A stretch of 64,000 nucleotides of DNA from Eledone cirrhosa (taxonomy: Eukaryota). A model generated the notes under the pieces. The model was given only the letters and a program-made list of their open reading frames with translations. It did no database searches and was not told the DNA's origin. Below, in pieces: positions 26,900 through 39,436 of this stretch. The position numbers were made by a program, and so were the translations under genes. The stretch lies in NCBI GenBank assembly GCA_964016885.1, contig OZ024743.1:187178001-187242000 (forward strand). The letters run 5' to 3'. How positions within the stretch are numbered: the first letter of the stretch is position 1; every line of letters starts with the position of its first letter.

Positions 26900-27603
26900 T
26901 GCAAATGAACTAAGAGAGAATTAGGTATAAGAGGGATCAGCTGCAGTATGCTAGAGAAGAGATTGCGTTGGGATGATCATGTGATGCATATGAAGGACAA
27001 CAGCTGTTTAAAAAGGTGCAGAGCGATCAAAATTGAGGGAAGCTATAGAGTAAGTAACCTAGGAAGACCTGGTATGAGATGATAAAAGCTGACCATGTGT
27101 AACTGAAACTCTCAAAGACAATGAAACAGGATCGAGATTTTTGGTGTTATGCAGTAATACAGAAGACACACCCTTCCATGTGCACAGGCTCAAACATACA
27201 CCTAATAGGCACCTCTTAACCACTACCCCCACCCACTCCTGTCCACAACACTCTTACACTACGAAGAAAACATATCCCGCCCACACTGTAAAGTGGTCGC
27301 ATAGGTGTTATTAAAAAAGCACCCAGCCCACACTGTAAAGTGGTTGTGTAGATGTCATGACAAAAAGCTCCCAATCCACACTGTAAAGTGATCATGTAGA
27401 AGTCACGAGAAATAGCACCCAGCATACACTGTAGATGTCGTTGGCATTAGGAAGGGCATCCAGTCATAGAAAACAAGCCAGAAACAGTTCTACATGAGTA
27501 AGACATGGTCACCTGACCAAACTTGCCTCAAATAGGACAACCCATCTAACCCATGCTAGCATGGAAAATGGACGTTAGACGATGATGATAATGATGATGA
27601 TGA
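26900..27603 (+). mobile_element. RTE family-A 3' fragment with a 3'UTR of ~45-bp tandem units
   Basis: Aligns to 42165-42815; CACACTGTAAAGTGG unit present four times. Confidence 0.85.
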
Positions 27604-29096
27604 GTCTTTGTATACTAGTTCCAGCAGTAAAAACAAAATTAACAGTGTACAAGTATCTAAATGCAGTCAATATATCGAACATCTCTTTGTCCTATTTTGG
27701 CCATTTATGAAATTTAATAAAAAACAATGTAGAACTTGGTGGGAGCTTCTGTGATTGGTTAGTTTACAGTGCTTGAGAATTGTGCTTCCTTCTTTTTTTC
27801 AGATAGGTTCATTCAAATCATCTTCATGAAGTACATGAATTTATATCTATTTCATGTTAGCTTATAAAGAAGATAAAAAGAAAATCAAGATTTTAATAAT
27901 AAATGATCATTTCTAAAATACTGAATTCATAATAAAAAAAAGCCTTGATTTTCTTTATGTTTGGAATAAACATTTGAAATCTCTGTTGTTGGGGAATGTG
28001 AAGTAGTGATGAAATATAAATGAAGCTCAGATTTTTTCAGTTAAGAGGAAAATAGAACAAACAAAATGCCTACACGAGTTTATTCGTTTAGTCTGCATAT
28101 AAATAAGCACAATTTATATAAAACAAAAACAAAAACAAAAACAAAGTTAAAGAAGACACATACACTCAATCACACACCCCAATATAGGCACTGGAGTTTC
28201 CCTCTAATAATTTTTTAAGAAAGCCATCACACTCACAACATTGCTATGGGTAATACCAAGCTAAGACACTGAAATAATCAAACACCCATACAAGCACAAC
28301 CTGCTATGTCAAGAACTTCATTGTTAGCAGCCCAGCTCCTCCAAATGTCTCAATTAAAATAGACTGAAAATAGTTTGCTGATAATTCCTGGCATTTTAGA
28401 ATTTTATTCCATTTAGCTACAGATGCTGGACAATGGCAAAGCATCAATGCAGCCCCACTAGAACTTTGGACTAGCAGAAAGTAAGTTGCCCCTTGAGTAT
28501 TGATTAGATTGATCAAAAACAGAGTTGGAAGTGTCTCTGGATATAAGTTGCTCCCTACTTTCTGCTTCAATCTATTTTCCTCTGCATCAGAAACTAACAA
28601 ACCCAGCTCCCTCCACTGTAAGTGGTTCATCAACTTACATGTTGTAAAGGAGAAGATGTTACTCACAAGTAAGGATGGAAGAAATAAAGCAGAAAAGAGA
28701 CAAAGAAAAGAATTTAGATTGACCAAGGCCCCCAAATCTTTTGGGCGATACAAGCCTGGTCACCGGATGTTGGAGATATTCACCAAACATTTTAGTTTCC
28801 CAAAGATTAGTTTGTCAAAATGTTGCAAAAATGACAAAAATGTATACACAAGACTGACTTTGAGCATGTATTATAACTTAGAAATTGATAAGTAATTCCT
28901 AAGCATAAAAACTTATGTGTAATTATTTAATTGTCCATTTATGCTTTGTAATTTAGTGGTTTCACAAGAAGAGATCGATAAAATAAGCACCAGATTTGAA
29001 ACAATAAATACGAGGGTTGATATATTACTAAAACCTTAGGTAGTACCCTAGCTTGGTTGCAGTCTAATGACTGAAGCAAATAAAAAAATAAAAGTG

Positions 29097-29169
<73 letters not shown>

Positions 29170-29174
<5 letters not shown>

Positions 29175-30007
29175 GTAATAATAATAAATTTGAAGACTAA
29201 AATCCAAAGAGGGCTCGATAAGGATAAATATATATCAAATATATAAGAACCGTAGAGCAAATATTTATTAAAATAACAGATTAAAGTTTAAGCAAAGAAT
29301 CGCTGCTTTCACCCTAAACGGGATCTTCTGAAACTAACAAAGTCAATCTGTAAACGCAGAACTGGATATTTCAAAAAACGTTGCAACCGGAGGAAGACAG
29401 GAAGACGATACTGTGGTTCGTGGAAACGTTCGCTGGCAAAGAACGGGAAAAAACGAATATAATACGTCATTAATAGGAGCGGTGAAAAACAATTACGCGC
29501 AAAGACAGAACCACGTTTATAGTATAATAGAGGTCGTAGACTAATGTTCTCTTAGGTGGTGCATAGAGACAGTTCTCTGGCAATGAACGAAAAAAACGAA
29601 GATAATACGTCATAAGTGGAGCGTGGAGAACAATAGCACGCAAAGACAAAACCACGTAAATGGTATAGCAGAAGTCGTAGACTAAAATTCTAACTAGGAG
29701 ACCGAATGAATCTCCGCTACAAAGTTAAGAACAAAGTAAATAAATACAATTAACGTGGTTCTGTCTTTGCGCGTAATTGTTTTTCACCGCTCCTATTAAT
29801 GACGTATTATATTCGTTTTGTTCCGTTCTTTGCCAGCGAACTTTTCCACGAACCAAAGTATCGTCTTCCTGTCTTCCTCCGGTTGCAACGTTTTTTGAAA
29901 TATCCACTTCTGCGTTTACAGATTGACTTTGTTAGTTTCAGAAGATCCCGTTAAGGGTGAAAGCAGCGATTCTTTGCTTAAACCTTAATCTGTTATTTTA
30001 ATAAATA
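29170..30007. mobile_element. Palindromic insert in (TA)n; arms 29261-29518 and 29752-30007, one-sided extension, internal ~145-bp tandem repeat
   Basis: ~257-bp inverted arms. HHR-like relic CAGAAGA-T-CCC(GTTAA)GGG-T-GAAA at 29939-29962. Confidence 0.75.
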
Positions 30008-31203
30008 TATATATATATATATAATAATGATAATAATAATATTAATAATAATGGTTTCTTATATAGGCACAAGGTCAGCAATTTTGGGGAAGGGGAAAGT
30101 TGATTAAATCGACCCCAGTGCTTTATTTTATTGACCCCGTAAGGATGAAAGGCAAAGTTTACCTTGGCAAGATTTGAATTCAAATCATAATATATGATAT
30201 TTTCTAAAATATAAAGTGACTGATCGGCCTTATTTGCATATTAGCAGACTGCCTGATCAGTCAGATCTGCATATTAGCAGACCGACTGATCAGCCATATT
30301 TACATATCAGCAGATAGGTCAGTCAGTCTCATGTATACGAGTGATTAATAGCCGGCTTTGCCATATTCAAATAACTAACAAATAGTTTATTGCTCTACAT
30401 GGCTAAATACAATAAATGTAATCTGAGACTTTTGAATATTAATAATAATATTCGATTCGTTTGCAATTATACAAACAGCCGCTTTCACTAAAGTGGTCGT
30501 GTAGGTGTCACGACAAAAAGCATCCAGCACACAGTAAATGTGCTTGGTGTTAGGAAGGGCATCCAGCCATAGAAAACCTGCCAGATAGTCCTATATGAGC
30601 GAGACACGGTCACCCAATCAATCTTGCCTCAAGTGGGACAATTCCCATCTAATCCATGCTAGCGTGGAAGAGAGACGTTAAACAACGATGATGATGATGA
30701 TGATGATATATGCATGATGATGATGATGATATATGTGTTTGGTGTTAGCAAGAGCATCCAGCCATAGAAAACCAACTAGAAACAGTCCTATATGAGTGAG
30801 AGAGGGTCACTTGACCCGACTTGTCTCTAATGGGACAAACCTGTCTAACCCATGCTAGCATGGAAGATAGAAGGTCAATGATGATGATGATCATCATCAT
30901 TTTACGTCCGCTTTTCCCTGCTTGCAAAGGTGGGACGGGAACTGATTCTGGCATGATTTCTACAGCCCTTCCTCACACCAACCTCATTTACAGTGAGCGC
31001 TGAGTGCTTTTTTTCCGTGGCGCCTACACGTCCACTTTACAGTATGCGCTGGCTGCTTTTTTGCCGTGGCACCTCCACGACCACTTTGCAGTGGATTGAT
31101 AGGACCCCACTCCAATCATCTCATTTCCATAGCTGAGTAAACTAGAGCAATGTGAAATAAAGTGTCTTGCTCAAGAAAACAACACATCACCCGGTCTGAG
31201 AAT

Positions 31204-31282
<79 letters not shown>

Positions 31283-31440
31283 AATTTAAATACTTGAGTG
31301 TGTTGGAGTTAAACACCCTCTTCATATTAAAGAAATAAAGAAATGACAGTATAAGATATAGCTCAATGTAATTAAACAGAGCCGAAGAATTATAAAAATT
31401 ATAAAAAATAAACCAAAGAAGCCTTCAATACATCAAAAGT

Positions 31441-31494
31441 CTTTATTAGCCAACAATGTTTCGTCCTATTAAGGACTCATCAGGGCAAGTAAAG
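31441..31494 (-). ncRNA. Type-I hammerhead ribozyme, intact core
   Basis: CTTTACTTGCC-CTGATGA-GTCC(TTAATA)GGAC-GAAA-CATTG-TT-GGCTAATAAAG; GUU triplet. Confidence 0.85.
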
Positions 31495-31524
31495 CTACAA
31501 GAAGCACTATCGGCCAATACAAGC

Positions 31525-33427
31525 CAAAGGTTTATCCAGTTTGATATTGATGCCTATTACACGTCGATTTAACCTATCCTCCTTAATAAAGCCTTAATTA
31601 TGGCCATGCGGGTGTCTAGCCTTACACGACCGCAGATTGATGTTATACTAGCAGCCCGTAGGACTATCATCAAATTCGAGGATACACTTTGGACGCGTAA
31701 AAACACACCCAACAATTTCGACGTTACAATGGGTTCGAGTGATTCGGCCCAGGTAACTGATCTTGTTGGGCTGTTCCTCCTAAATGAACTGTATGTTACC
31801 TTTCCGCACCTTAAAGGCGGACTTTATCGTGACGATGCATTGTTTGTGATAAACTCTAGCACCAACAACATTGAGCATAATAGGAAGAAACTTTATAAAT
31901 TATTTTAAAATTTTAACCTTTCGATCACGATTGATAGAAATGATAGAGCGGTCAACTTTTTAGATGTGACTTTGGACTTGGTCACTAATAGTTATAAACC
32001 CTTCCATAAGCCAAATGAGATACTCTCTTATGTTAATCCCAATTCTAACCACCCCAAATCTATGATTAGCTCTGATTAGCTCTATAATTACTAAGGATAT
32101 AGGAATATTTAATTCACATGCAGAGTACTATAATAATTCCCTAGCTAACTCTGGTTACTCTGGTAAAATACGTTATAATGAGAACAACCTTATAAAGTCT
32201 CCGTTTACCCATAATAATAATAACGTAATTTCCCATAATATGGCCATGAATGGGAGTAGAAAGCATAAGAATCGTAGAAATTTCATAGGTGTATCCGAAC
32301 CCATCCATAAGTTAAGCTACCGTAATCGTAATAGTGAGTCTAATGGTACACTTTTCGAGATTAGTTCTAGGGAACAAGTTAGGCACTCTGATCGCTCACC
32401 CAGTGGTAATGTTTTTACTAATTCTAATAGTGTTGTTTCAACTGATCCTGGTTGTAACCCTAATCCTATTGATATGATTCCAGATAACAGTAGATATACT
32501 AAAGGTAGAAACAGAAGGAGACTCAATAGGGTTTTGGCTGCTTCTAATAATGTTGTTTCAACTAGTCCTCGTAGTAACCCTGATCCTGTTAGTGGGATAC
32601 TGGATAACGGTAGAGTTCGTAAGGATAGAAATAGGAGGAGACTCAATACTTATTTTAACCCGCCTTATGATCATGAAGTATTAACTAACATCCCTAGGTC
32701 TTTCTTTTCTATCTTAGAGAAAAATTTCCCTCCTACTAATAAATACCATGGTATTTTTAATAAAAATGTAATTAAACTATCATTCTCTACCACCCCTAAT
32801 ATTAGTTCTCATTTAGCTAGCACTAATAATAAGAAAATTAGGGACAGCTACTCCTCTTTGCGTACTACTAGTCTTGATAGATCCATTAATGCCTTACCAC
32901 CTGAGCAGACCTTATCTTATAATAACCCTAGAAGTGATGCATCACTTATTCAGCCGGTAAATAGCACCAGGAAGTGTAACTGTAGAGTAAGTATTAACTG
33001 CCCTTTAAATGGTCACTGCCTCTCTAGGAACATTGTTTATGCTTGTGAAGTTAAGACTGATTCTTCTAATAGCACATATATAGGCTCCACATCTAATACT
33101 TTTAAAACTAGGTTTAATTCTCATATCTCTAATTTTAAGCATGTTAAGTTTAAGAACTCTACCTCTTTAGCACACCATATCTGGGAACTTAAAGGGGCAG
33201 GCATGCCATATAGCCTTAATTGGCGTATAGTAGCACGCTCTAATAACCTATCAACACACACTAAATTCTGTAATATCTGTATCCTAGAGACCCACTCTAT
33301 AATTTTCTCTAGGGAAATTTTGCTTAATAGAAAGTCTGAGATATTTTCTTCCTGCCCCCATGCCATTTCTAATTCTTTATTCTATTATAGACCTAACAGT
33401 TCTGGTAGTTTAAATCGTATCCATTAG
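31525..33427 (+). pseudogene. PLE reverse transcriptase (partial) + Cys-rich linker + GIY-YIG endonuclease; possibly Nematis-like clade
   Basis: FIQFDIDAYY, FDVTMGS, GLYRDD, VNFLDVT, SNHP, FNPPY, CNC-x5-C-x5-C, NIVY..YIGST..RFNSH, LAHHIWELK, CNIC, LLN..CPH. Stops at ~31570 and 31906. Confidence 0.9.
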
Positions 33428-34416
33428 CTGCTATATTTCCTTATCTTTTTTGTTTAGGTTCATTTTGATTACCATCATCTTTATTATTATTAGTTTTTTT
33501 ACTACTTTTCGATTTTAGTTTCCATAGTCTTTTGGCTACCATACCCTATCTATCGTCTTAAGCATTATTATAGTTTCACTACTAACACCTTATGGGTTTA
33601 TATCTTATTAAATACTTTGGTTGGAGTCTCATTCAACTAATGTACCTCCTCCTCTACACACTTAATATCCGCCCCCTCTATTATACTATATATAAATTTC
33701 ACCTTTCTGCTCCTTTTATGATATTATATAATATATTGATTTTACTTTTATGCTCCTTCCTATCCTCCATAACCTCTCTTCTTTCTGTTCCCATTGGTCT
33801 ACCATAGTTCTATTTAGAGTCCTTTTATTTGATAACGTTATTCGACTGAACGGAGCATATTTTACTCTATTCTTGATAATTTTATTGAAATATCTCAAAC
33901 TTATACGTTTTTGATGACTTAAACTGTAGCCAATTTTGAAGTGACTAAATATGTATTTTAAATACTTTTAATATTAATTAATTTTAAAAGGTTTTATAGT
34001 CAATTCGCCGCTTACATTTCTATCTCTTCTTTTACTTAACCGCTTGTGACACCTAAGTAAATATACTTGTTTTTGTTTTTCGATCTTCGGTTTATTTTAT
34101 TTATTATTTTACTACCACACGCTGTTCATTAATATATGTCTGTGTATCTTAACAACGTAAATATTTATTAAGCATTTCCTTAGACTCTGTTTGATATTTG
34201 ATATTAATGTTGTTATATCATATAATTTTTATGTAATCGTATTATAGATTTTAATATATGTTATTTGAAGTACTGTTATGTTATATTTTGTGATATTTTG
34301 GTAATACTTATGCCAATGTAAAACGACTTGACCTCCGTGTATTTGTTACAATGGTATAGATATTTTTTCAACACAATTTGTTCAACACTATTTAGTTCTA
34401 TATGATTTTTTTTCTT

Positions 34417-34876
34417 GGCGATATCCAATTTTAGCGGCCTAAATGCCGCTTACTTGCTGTAGTTGCTGCTTACTTCAATGTATGAGGCTATTCCAACAAA
34501 TTTACATTCCCAGAACGAGGAAACTGTGGGGATATGTCGCCGGCCAACAAATGGTTTGTACAGGTAAGAGAAGATGGGCGCACCCCCCTCTCTCTGTGCT
34601 CCCTGGCAGAAAGGTCGCACACTTTCTACGGAGGTGTGTGTGACCCCAAAAGGCTAATAAATCGCAAAAAAACAAACAAACAAAAACGTGGCAAATAAAG
34701 AAATCTATGCCCCAGTGGCAAATAAATCGCAAAAAAAAAACAATAAATAAATCTATATTTCTTTTAACGGCTAAAAAAAAAGGGAATGTAAATTTGTTGG
34801 AATAGCCTCATACATTGAAGTAAGCAGCAACTACAGCAAGTAAGCGGCATTTAGGCCGCTAAAATTGGATATCGCC
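34417..34876. mobile_element. MITE with perfect 95-bp TIRs and 8-bp TSD (Merlin-like)
   Basis: TIRs 34417-34511 and 34782-34876 start GGCGA; TTTTTCTT duplicated at 34409-34416 and 34877-34884. Confidence 0.85.
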
Positions 34877-35478
34877 TTTTTCTTACCCTGTGTAAAACTT
34901 TATACTATTTGTTAACCTTGAATTATATATATGATGTAATTTTGTATATCTTTTGATGCCAATATATTATAATATTGTTATTATAATGTTTTTATATTGT
35001 TTATGCACACTGACAGGGAATTATATATATTTTATTTTTATTTTTATCTTTATTCTTATTTTTATCTTTATTATATTATACTGTAAACAATATATATATA
35101 TATATATATTTAAATACTTAATAAGTGTTAGTTTGTGTTTGTACTAATGTATATATGTATAGATATATATATATATATATATACATATATTAAGCTTTTT
35201 ATTATCACCAACTATTATATTATATTATATTCTATATCGTACAGTAATTCTCGCATTATATTACCATTTGTGTTTCAAGTTTTTGCATTATATAATATTT
35301 ACAATGTGGGTTCAACATGTTAATCACTTCCTTGCTATTTGGTCTATATCTATGTTTGTAACTGCTCACTCTTAATCTTAGCCTACTTTTCCTTGATATC
35401 CTTCCTGGGCTTTAATAGATGTATACTCCATATTCTTCTGAGCTTTTGGATTGTATTGGCCGATAGTGCTTCTTGTAG

Positions 35479-35532
35479 CTTTACTTGCCCTAATGAGTCC
35501 TTAATAGGACGAAACATTGTTGGCTAATAAAG
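35479..35532 (+). ncRNA. Hammerhead copy with G5A core mutation
   Basis: Identical to 31441-31494 except CTAATGA for CTGATGA. Confidence 0.75.
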
Positions 35533-36326
35533 ACTTTTGATGTATTGAAGGCTTCTTTGGTTTATTTTATTTTATAATCTTTATAAATTTTATAATATAT
35601 ACATATATATGTATAGCTAGCAAGCGAGAGAGAGAAAGAGATAGAGATAGAGAGAGTTAAAGAGAGGGAGAGAGAGATGGGATAGGTGGCTATATAAATT
35701 AAAAGATAGAAGAAAGAATGAACAGAATACATAGATACATATAAACATACACATTATAACATGTTATTTTAAACTAAAATATCTTATTTACTTCTAATCT
35801 AGAAGACTTTAAATATTGTCAGTGGTTAAGGCATCAGAAGTTTGCCATCAGCTTTGACATTATGATACAGTTGAGTCACAACATGACATATCAGCTGCTC
35901 ATACAGAGTTCAATGAAGCACATGTAGTGTTAAGTGCATAGCTGAAATATACTAGCCAGTAACAATAAAAGTTTAATGATATAAAAGATGTTAGCTCAAT
36001 GATTCAAAATGGGAATTGAAACTTAGATCTATATCACTGTCAAAGATGATTTGATCTCCCATATATTTGAGATCAATAAATTTTATAGGTATTAGTAAAT
36101 ATAGTGAGGTAACTAGATATAGCCATGAAAGGTATATGACATTCTTCTAGCATTCATACACGATGTAGATACATTCATATATATATATTTATACATATAT
36201 CACCCTTGCAAGCAGGGAAAAGCGGACATGAAATGATGATGATGATATATATATATATATATTCAAGCTTGAACCGCTTGGCGCCATGGTCGGGATTTTT
36301 ATACATCTCTATATATTATATATAAT

Positions 36327-38510
36327 TCAGGCTTCTAGAATTCTGTGACGCCAATGACATGTTGATATGTAACACAAACTTCAAAAAACCCGACAACCAT
36401 TCTAGTCAGATAGATTTTATCCTCATCAGATGACGTGATAGATGAACTGTCGTAAACACAAAAGCGTTCCCTAGTGAGGAATGTACCTCCCAACATAACT
36501 TAGTTGTCAGCAACCTCACTGTCAGAACTAGACGAACTTGGAAACAGAAGGCAACCTGGAGAAGAAAGAGCTGGAAGCTGAAAGACCCCTCAGCCAGCAA
36601 CAGATTTAAAGATATTTTACTCGACGCCTATGACAGTAAAGAAGAACAGATACAGACATTCAATGTAGAAGAGCACTGGGAGTTCCTAAAAAATAACTTA
36701 CTAAAGGCGACGGATAAGATCCGTGGTTGGAGCAAGACCACAGGGAAGAGGAGAGTGACTTGGTGGTGGAACAATAAGGTAGATGAGGCAGTTAAGGCTA
36801 AGAGACAAGCATGGAAAAAATGGAAGAACGGGGGAAGCAAAGTACATTACATAGAGACCAGGAGGGAAGCTAGGCGACAAGTATACTTAGCTAGATGGGA
36901 AGTGGAGGATAGAAAATTCAAGCATGTTTTGCAACGTGAGGACCAGAAACAGGGGGTGTTCAAGATTGTGAGGCAGTGTGTCAGAGAGAATTGTGATGTC
37001 ATTGGAGAGAAGTGTATCCGGAATGATAAAGGTGAGCTTGCCCTCAAAAGTGGTGAGAAGAAAGATGCATGGAAGAGCCATTATGAAATGAGAGAATGCA
37101 TGGGAAGAAGAGACCCTACCCCAAGTAGACCCTATAGAGAGGCCAGCAGTACAAGTCAGCAGCAGCATAGTAAGTAAGGCAATCAAAGATATGAAGACAG
37201 GGAAGGCAACCAGTCCATCGGGTATAGCTGCCAAAAATGCTGAAGGCATCTGGGTCAGTAGGTCACACCATAACCACACGAATTGTTGACCAGGTAATAC
37301 TAGAAGATGGCATACCAAAGGATTGGTGCAGCAGCATCATTGTCAACTGCTACAAGGGTAAAGGTGAGGAAACTATAGAGGTATGAAGCTGATGGACCAG
37401 TCATGAAAGTAACGGAAAGAGTTATAGCACAGTTGATTAGGGACCGGATAAAACTAGATGAGATGCAATTTGGGTTTGTGCCAGGAAAAGGCACCACTGA
37501 TGCCCTCTTCCTTGTGGCAGTTACAGGAAAAGTACCTAGCTAAAATTAAGCCGCTCTACCTGGAATTTGTCAATCTGGAAAAAGCCTTTGACAGAGTCCC
37601 CCGTACCATTAACTGGTGGGATCTGAGAAAACTAGGAGTAGATGAATGGCTTGTAAAAGCTGTACAAACCATGTATAGGGGAGCAGTCAGCAAAGTTAGG
37701 ATTAGCAATGACTATAGCGAGGAATTTAGCATACAGGTCAGTGTCCACCAGGGCTCTGTTCTTAGCCCTCTCCTGTTCATCATAGTTTTGCAGGAAATAA
37801 CGGAGGAGTTTATGACCAGATACCCATGGGAACTCCTGTATGCGAATAACCTCGCACTTATAGCTGAATCTATGGTAGAACTAGAGAAGAAATTCCAAAC
37901 ATGGAAGCAGGGACTAGAAAGAAAGGGTCTCAAATTCAACCTGACAAAGACTAAGGTCCTCGTAAGTAGATGAGAAAACAGAACCCAGATCCCCCCAGGA
38001 GAAATGGCCTTGCTCAGTATGTAGGAAAGGTGTAGGTAGTTAATCCATCCTCTGCCCCAAATGCAAACAATGGGTACATAAAAGATGTAGCGGGATCTCA
38101 GGAAGCCTAACTAAGAATGTAGGCTTCACATGTAGCAGCTGTGCTGGGACAGCAAGCAGCAAACAGCCACAAGCACCACCAGCTTCTGCTACCTAGGGGA
38201 CCGAATTAGCAGCAGAGGTGGGTGTTCGGAAATTACAATAACTAGGGTAAGAACAGGATGGAAGAAGTTCAGCCTACACTGTAAAGTGGTCGTGTAGGTG
38301 CCACGGGAAAAAAGCACCCAGCACTCACTCTAAATGAGGTTGGTGTTAGGAAGGGCATCCAGCTGTAGAAATCAAGCCAGAATCAGTTGCCGTATGAGCA
38401 AGACAAGGTCAACCGACCGGACACTGCCCACAACAGGACAACCTAACTAACTCATAATATGCTAGCGTGGAAGAACGGACGTGTGATGATGATGATGATG
38501 ATGATATATA
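36327..38510 (+). mobile_element. Decayed RTE LINE (APE end, RT, PHD relic) joined to a family-A-type 3' module
   Basis: TWWWN, NLEKAFDRVP, VHQGSVLSP, LYANN, CSVC..CPKC..HKRC..CSSC; multiple frameshifts. Confidence 0.9.
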
Positions 38511-38566
38511 TCATCATCATCGTTTAACGTCTATCTTCCACGCTAGCATATTATATATATATTATA

Positions 38567-38608
<42 letters not shown>

Positions 38609-39248
38609 ATATATATAATTGTTTCTACTATTGGCACAAGGCCAGAAATTACCCAGTGCATTACTGGTACTTTATTTTATCGACCCCGTAAGGATGAAAG
38701 GCAAAGTTAACCTCGGCGGGATTTGAACTCAGAATGGCAAGGGCCGTAACTCTATGCGTCAAAGCATGGCGTCCGACCCTCTAGCGATACTGCCAATCCA
38801 CCGCCCTTAATAATGTATATAATAATAATTGTTTCTACTACTTTTCGCACAAGACAGGCAATTACCCAGTACATTACTGGCACTTTATTTTATCGACACC
38901 ATAAGGATGAAAGGCAAAGTTAACCTCGGGGGGGGGGGGGGGGGGGGATTTGAACACAGAATGGTAAGGGCCATAACTCTATGCGTCAAAGCATGGTGTG
39001 CGACCCTCTACCGATACTGCCAATCCACTGCCCCATAAATAAATAATATATATAATAATAATAATATATGTAATATATATATATATATATAATACATATG
39101 TATATATATATATATATATAACGAAGGAAATGTCGTAAGGAACCAGATGGACCATAACGCACCAAAGTACTCAATACTTAGGGTAGTATAGTGGGTAAAC
39201 TGAGTTCAGAATTAGCCGTCGAAACGGCTTGAGCTCAGCCGTCGGCGT

Positions 39249-39311
<63 letters not shown>

Positions 39312-39317
39312 CAAACA

Positions 39318-39389
<72 letters not shown>

Positions 39390-39392
39390 CAC

Positions 39393-39423
<31 letters not shown>

Positions 39424-39436
39424 CACATATATATAT

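Larger units (their letters stand above)
31280..35595 (+). mobile_element. 5'-truncated Penelope-like element with an inverted copy of its 3' end at the 5' junction
   Basis: Inverted repeats ~31400-31522 and 35451-35570, each with an HHR. RT + GIY-YIG remains lie between them; flanked by (TA)n. Confidence 0.9.

Noticed and set aside
27270-27440. ~45-bp periodic repeats resembling a CRISPR array
   Set aside because: The units are tandem copies within a LINE/SINE 3'UTR with no unique spacers; eukaryotic context with no cas genes.
28417-28617. Possible small host exons (AG..GTAAGT at 28417-28480 and 28591-28617) and overlapping 130-150 aa ORFs
   Set aside because: Splice-like signals are plausible, but there is no recognisable protein similarity; cannot be supported without RNA-seq.
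32240-33427. Selenocysteine-type PLE protein
   Set aside because: Cys positions use TGT/TGC, there is no in-frame TGA, and the endonuclease is C-terminal.
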